A DNA stretch of 10,851 nucleotides from Silvanigrellaceae bacterium (lineage in GTDB: Bacteria; Bdellovibrionota_B; Oligoflexia; Silvanigrellales; Silvanigrellaceae). Made by a program: the position numbers and the translations under genes. The notes below the pieces were generated by a model, which was given only the letters and a program-made list of their open reading frames with translations, ran no database searches and was not told the origin of the DNA. The stretch is from NCBI GenBank assembly GCA_049423385.1, contig JBMSQQ010000106.1, positions 1 through 10,851 on the forward strand, given 5' to 3'. Positions 8,646 through 10,851 of the stretch are shown piece after piece (positions within the stretch are counted from its first letter, which is position 1; every line of letters begins with the position of its first letter).

Positions 8646-8671
8646 CAATTATTTCGGGCCAGGCTGATGAT

Positions 8672-8692
8672 TTTGACTTTGGCAGAGTCAAA
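8672..8692. repeat. Short palindrome just downstream of the 159-aa lipoprotein stop codon
   Basis: TTTGACT-N7-AGTCAAA; no U-tract follows on the minus strand. Confidence 0.5.
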
Positions 8693-8699
8693 GAGGTGG

Positions 8700-9179
8700 T
8701 TATTCGAATTGACAGTTTCCGACTGTTGTGAGGCGCGCATCGGTTTCCACGGAAAATGAAACAGACTTCTCCTTGAGATTGTAGGATACCGAGTTCAGTT
8801 CCTTGCGAGGTGCAAAATCCTCGTCGAAATAGGTGGTCAGCGATCCATTCTTGAGGCTCAAAACAATCTTGTCGGCAGAGGTTGCGTCGTTCTTCGAGAT
8901 TTTGCCAAGCAGATGCTGAAAGCCGGTGTCCGTCAGGCTGTTTCTGTCGCCGGTGGCAAAATGATACGTCCCCGAAACAACATCTCCAGCAACCTCGACA
9001 ATCAGTGTTTCGCGAATTTGGGTTGTTTCAATGGTGCTGACGGCCGAGCAGCGAGCGATCTTCGGTGCCGTGACTTTGTCGGGTGAAACCGAGTCCACGC
9101 CTGAAGCGGTTTGGCTTTGTGGCTTGGCACATGCAACAAAGAGCAATGATGAAATTGCTGTACCGATGATTTTTTTCAT
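8700..9179 (-). CDS. Hypothetical lipoprotein (159 aa)
   Basis: Start reassigned to ATG 9177-9179 (MKKIIGTAISSLLFVA-C17): GAGGA RBS 8 nt upstream and a clean lipoprotein signal. The longer 9239 start overlaps the sigma54 motif. The mature part has two Cys, near the two ends of the domain (ARCSA, GNCQFE*). Confidence 0.85.
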   Translation of the reverse strand: MKKIIGTAISSLLFVACAKPQSQTASGVDSVSPDKVTAPKIARCSAVSTIETTQIRETLIVEVAGDVVSGTYHFATGDRNSLTDTGFQHLLGKISKNDATSADKIVLSLKNGSLTTYFDEDFAPRKELNSVSYNLKEKSVSFSVETDARLTTVGNCQFE

Positions 9180-9234
9180 TGTTCTTTTCCTCGTCCTGGT
9201 TGGATGAGACATCAAATCTCCAACTTTCCCCGGA

Positions 9235-9250
9235 AGCATTATTCATGCCA
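9235..9250 (-). promoter_or_regulatory. Putative sigma54 (RpoN) -24/-12 promoter of the 159-aa lipoprotein gene
   Basis: Minus strand TGGCATGAATAATGCT versus consensus TGGCACG-N4-TTGCW, with exact GG-N10-GC spacing; intergenic, correctly oriented, 55 nt before the ATG, with an AT-rich tract upstream (about 9260-9300). Confidence 0.65.
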
Positions 9251-9375
9251 GACGAGATGCCTAATTTTCTCAACATTTCATAAATCTTAAAAAAATTCGG
9301 CAAATTACGGAGTGCTCAAGGTTTTAATAAAACAGCAGGCTTCTGTCGAAAGAATAGACGATCGAATAAAACCAG

Positions 9376-9402
9376 TGAAGAACTTTTGGTTTTTTCCGAT
9401 AT
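9376..9402 (+). promoter_or_regulatory. Putative sigma28 (FliA)-type promoter of the 190-aa lipoprotein gene
   Basis: TGAAG-N14-TCCGATAT ending 30 nt before ATG 9433; same spacing as the motif at 6248-6274. Confidence 0.55.
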
Positions 9403-9432
9403 GCCCCAAAGAATCGTGGAGGGAGCCCTTCA

Positions 9433-10005
9433 ATGATGTTGAAACACATGTTTTTCGCAGTTTTTTTTCTGTTTTCGATTGCCTGCAAACAAAACGATGG
9501 AACGTCGCAGACGGCTGGAGTTTTGGATGCAAAGGGTCTTTCCGAGCAATGCGGACAGGTTCAAAAGGTGGGAGAAGGTTTCTTTCTCTTGAATGAAAAA
9601 GGAATCTCACGAGCCATCGAGCCTCAGGACGGTTCCGTGTTGAATGTTTTGTCTGATGTGGCGTCGCGAAATGACAAAGTCTGTGTTCGTGCCGATTGGA
9701 GCGGAAGTGGCATCGTGATGGTTGTGTCTTCGGCTTCGATTCGATGGCCGGTCAAAAAGACGCTGATCACTGAAGAATGCGGAGTTTTGATGACAGGAGC
9801 ATCCGGAGAGCTGCTTCTGCAGGTCGTGGACAAAAATTCGGAGAACAACGGCAATCGCGTGATCGAACCTCAGGATGGGGCTTCCTCGAATCTTCTGAAA
9901 GATTATGCTTCAACGATGACCGAGGTGTGCATCAAGGGTGACTTCTCAAATGCTGCTGCGTCCGTGATGGTCACTTCGACAGCTGCAATTCGAAAGCTGA
10001 GATGA
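9433..10005 (+). CDS. Hypothetical lipoprotein with two tandem ~70-aa repeats (190 aa)
   Basis: GGAGGGAG RBS upstream; signal MMLKHMFFAVFFLFSIA-C18. Repeats ExCG...LL...RxIEPQDG...NxLxDxAS...VC(V/I)xxD(W/F)S...VMVxSxAxIR at 9544-9744 and 9772-9993. Confidence 0.88.
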   Translation: MMLKHMFFAVFFLFSIACKQNDGTSQTAGVLDAKGLSEQCGQVQKVGEGFFLLNEKGISRAIEPQDGSVLNVLSDVASRNDKVCVRADWSGSGIVMVVSSASIRWPVKKTLITEECGVLMTGASGELLLQVVDKNSENNGNRVIEPQDGASSNLLKDYASTMTEVCIKGDFSNAAASVMVTSTAAIRKLR

Positions 10006-10017
10006 TACTCTTTTCGC

Positions 10018-10851
10018 ATGTGGTCTTATGGCGATGAATCGATACGAAGTCTGTGGAGCCTGGATTCAGAAACAATCTTTCTGAACCACGGTTCCTATGG
10101 TGCCGTTCCACTGAAGGTCAGGGACGCCTTCTGCAAAGTTCAAAATCAAATCGAGGAGAACCCGGTCTGCTTCCTGAGCCGGGAGTTGCCAGACAAATTG
10201 ATGTCAGTGCGTCGGGAAGTGGCCCGGCGTTTGAATGCTGAATCAGATGGAATAGCGTTTGTTTCGAACGCGACGTCTGGGGTTGGCGCGGTGCTTTCTT
10301 CGTTTCCTTTTCAGAAGGGCGATGAAATCGTTTTCCACAACCATGGCTATGGCTGGGTGAGGCAGGGATTGCAAAATCTTGCAGTCAAAACGGGTGTGGT
10401 TGTCCGTGAGGCAATGATTCCTGCTTATCCAAAGGACAGTGATGAGATTGTTGAGGCTTTTGATCGCAACTTGAGCTCAAAAACCAAGCTTGTCATCTGC
10501 GATCATGTCACCTCGCCCACTGCATTGGTTTTTCCGGTTAGGGAAATCGCCGAACTGGCACATAACAACGGAATTTCCGTTCTGGTGGACGGTGCGCATG
10601 CTCCCGGCTTCATGGAACTCGACTTGCAGTCCTTGGGAGTCGATTTTTATACCGGCAACTTTCACAAATGGGTTTGCGCGCCCCGGGGATCTGCCTTTCT
10701 TTGGGTTGCACCCCAGTGGCGCGGTGTTGTTCGGCCACAGTCGCTGAGTTATTCGGGCGGAGTCACACATCATCGCTGGGACGACACTTTTACAGGGTAC
10801 TTCGACTGGACCGGAACCAGCGGTGTTGCGGCATGGCTTGCAGTTCCCGAT
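10018..10851 (+). CDS. PLP-dependent aminotransferase class V-fold enzyme (isopenicillin N epimerase / L-cysteine desulfhydrase / hercynylcysteine sulfoxide lyase-like); truncated by the right window edge
   Basis: Open frame from ATG 10018: MWSYGDESIRSLWSLDSETIFLNHGSYGAVP..FVSNATSGV..GDEI..DHVTSPTALVFPV..VLVDGAHAPG..DFYTGNFHKWVCAPRGSAFLW..FDWTGT. The PLP lysine is at 10666-10668. Not in the ORF track because it has no stop in the window. Confidence 0.93.
   Translation, partial: MWSYGDESIRSLWSLDSETIFLNHGSYGAVPLKVRDAFCKVQNQIEENPVCFLSRELPDKLMSVRREVARRLNAESDGIAFVSNATSGVGAVLSSFPFQKGDEIVFHNHGYGWVRQGLQNLAVKTGVVVREAMIPAYPKDSDEIVEAFDRNLSSKTKLVICDHVTSPTALVFPVREIAELAHNNGISVLVDGAHAPGFMELDLQSLGVDFYTGNFHKWVCAPRGSAFLWVAPQWRGVVRPQSLSYSGGVTHHRWDDTFTGYFDWTGTSGVAAWLAVPD

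Noticed and set aside
6314..8740. ORF 6423..7346 (307 aa) and other small ORFs overlapping the dehydrogenase
   Set aside because: Antisense or alternative-frame shadows of a well-supported 711-aa gene.
9180..9239. N-terminal extension of the 8700..9239 ORF
   Set aside because: The ATG at 9239 lies within the sigma54 motif and lacks an RBS; ATG 9179 has GAGGA and gives a canonical signal peptide.
9294..9352. Additional sigma28-like -10 boxes (GCCGAATT minus 9294-9301; GTCGAAAG plus 9345-9352)
   Set aside because: No correctly spaced -35 element.
9028..10773. ORFs 9028..9303, 9305..9610, 9312..9596, 9624..9854, 10053..10241, 10477..10773, 10490..10747
   Set aside because: They overlap better-supported genes or promoter DNA and have no protein-like features.
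10018..10851. Assigning cefD, egtE or a cysteine desulfurase symbol
   Set aside because: The motifs define the family only; there is no pathway context and the C-terminus is missing.
1..10851. CRISPR arrays, tRNA/rRNA, IS/integrase, diversity-generating retroelement repeats
   Set aside because: I saw no regularly spaced direct repeats, RNA gene signatures, transposase or reverse transcriptase motifs, or near-identical nucleotide repeat pairs.

Overview
Bacterial chromosomal region (~50% GC) with five genes, two of which are missing from the supplied ORF track because they run off the window edges. (1) A giant minus-strand lipoprotein, <1..6210, at least 2070 aa, built of D-x-x-G-N Ig-like modules arranged in a six-module super-repeat. 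(2) A 711-aa lipoprotein fusing a sorbosone/aldose-dehydrogenase-type PQQ beta-propeller, a c-type cytochrome domain and a small C-terminal domain. (3) A 159-aa lipoprotein of unknown function behind a good sigma54 -24/-12 motif. (4) A divergent 190-aa lipoprotein made of two tandem Cys-paired repeats. (5) A 3'-truncated PLP-dependent class V aminotransferase-fold enzyme (isopenicillin N epimerase / L-cysteine desulfhydrase / Egt2-like). Genes 1 and 4 carry near-identical sigma28-like promoter motifs, and a long hairpin overlaps the leader of gene 2. The style (many Cys-paired orphan lipoproteins, TCAAG-N14-TCCGA promoters) suggests a Bdellovibrionota/Oligoflexia-like organism, but that is inference only. 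I found no mobile elements, CRISPR arrays or RNA genes.
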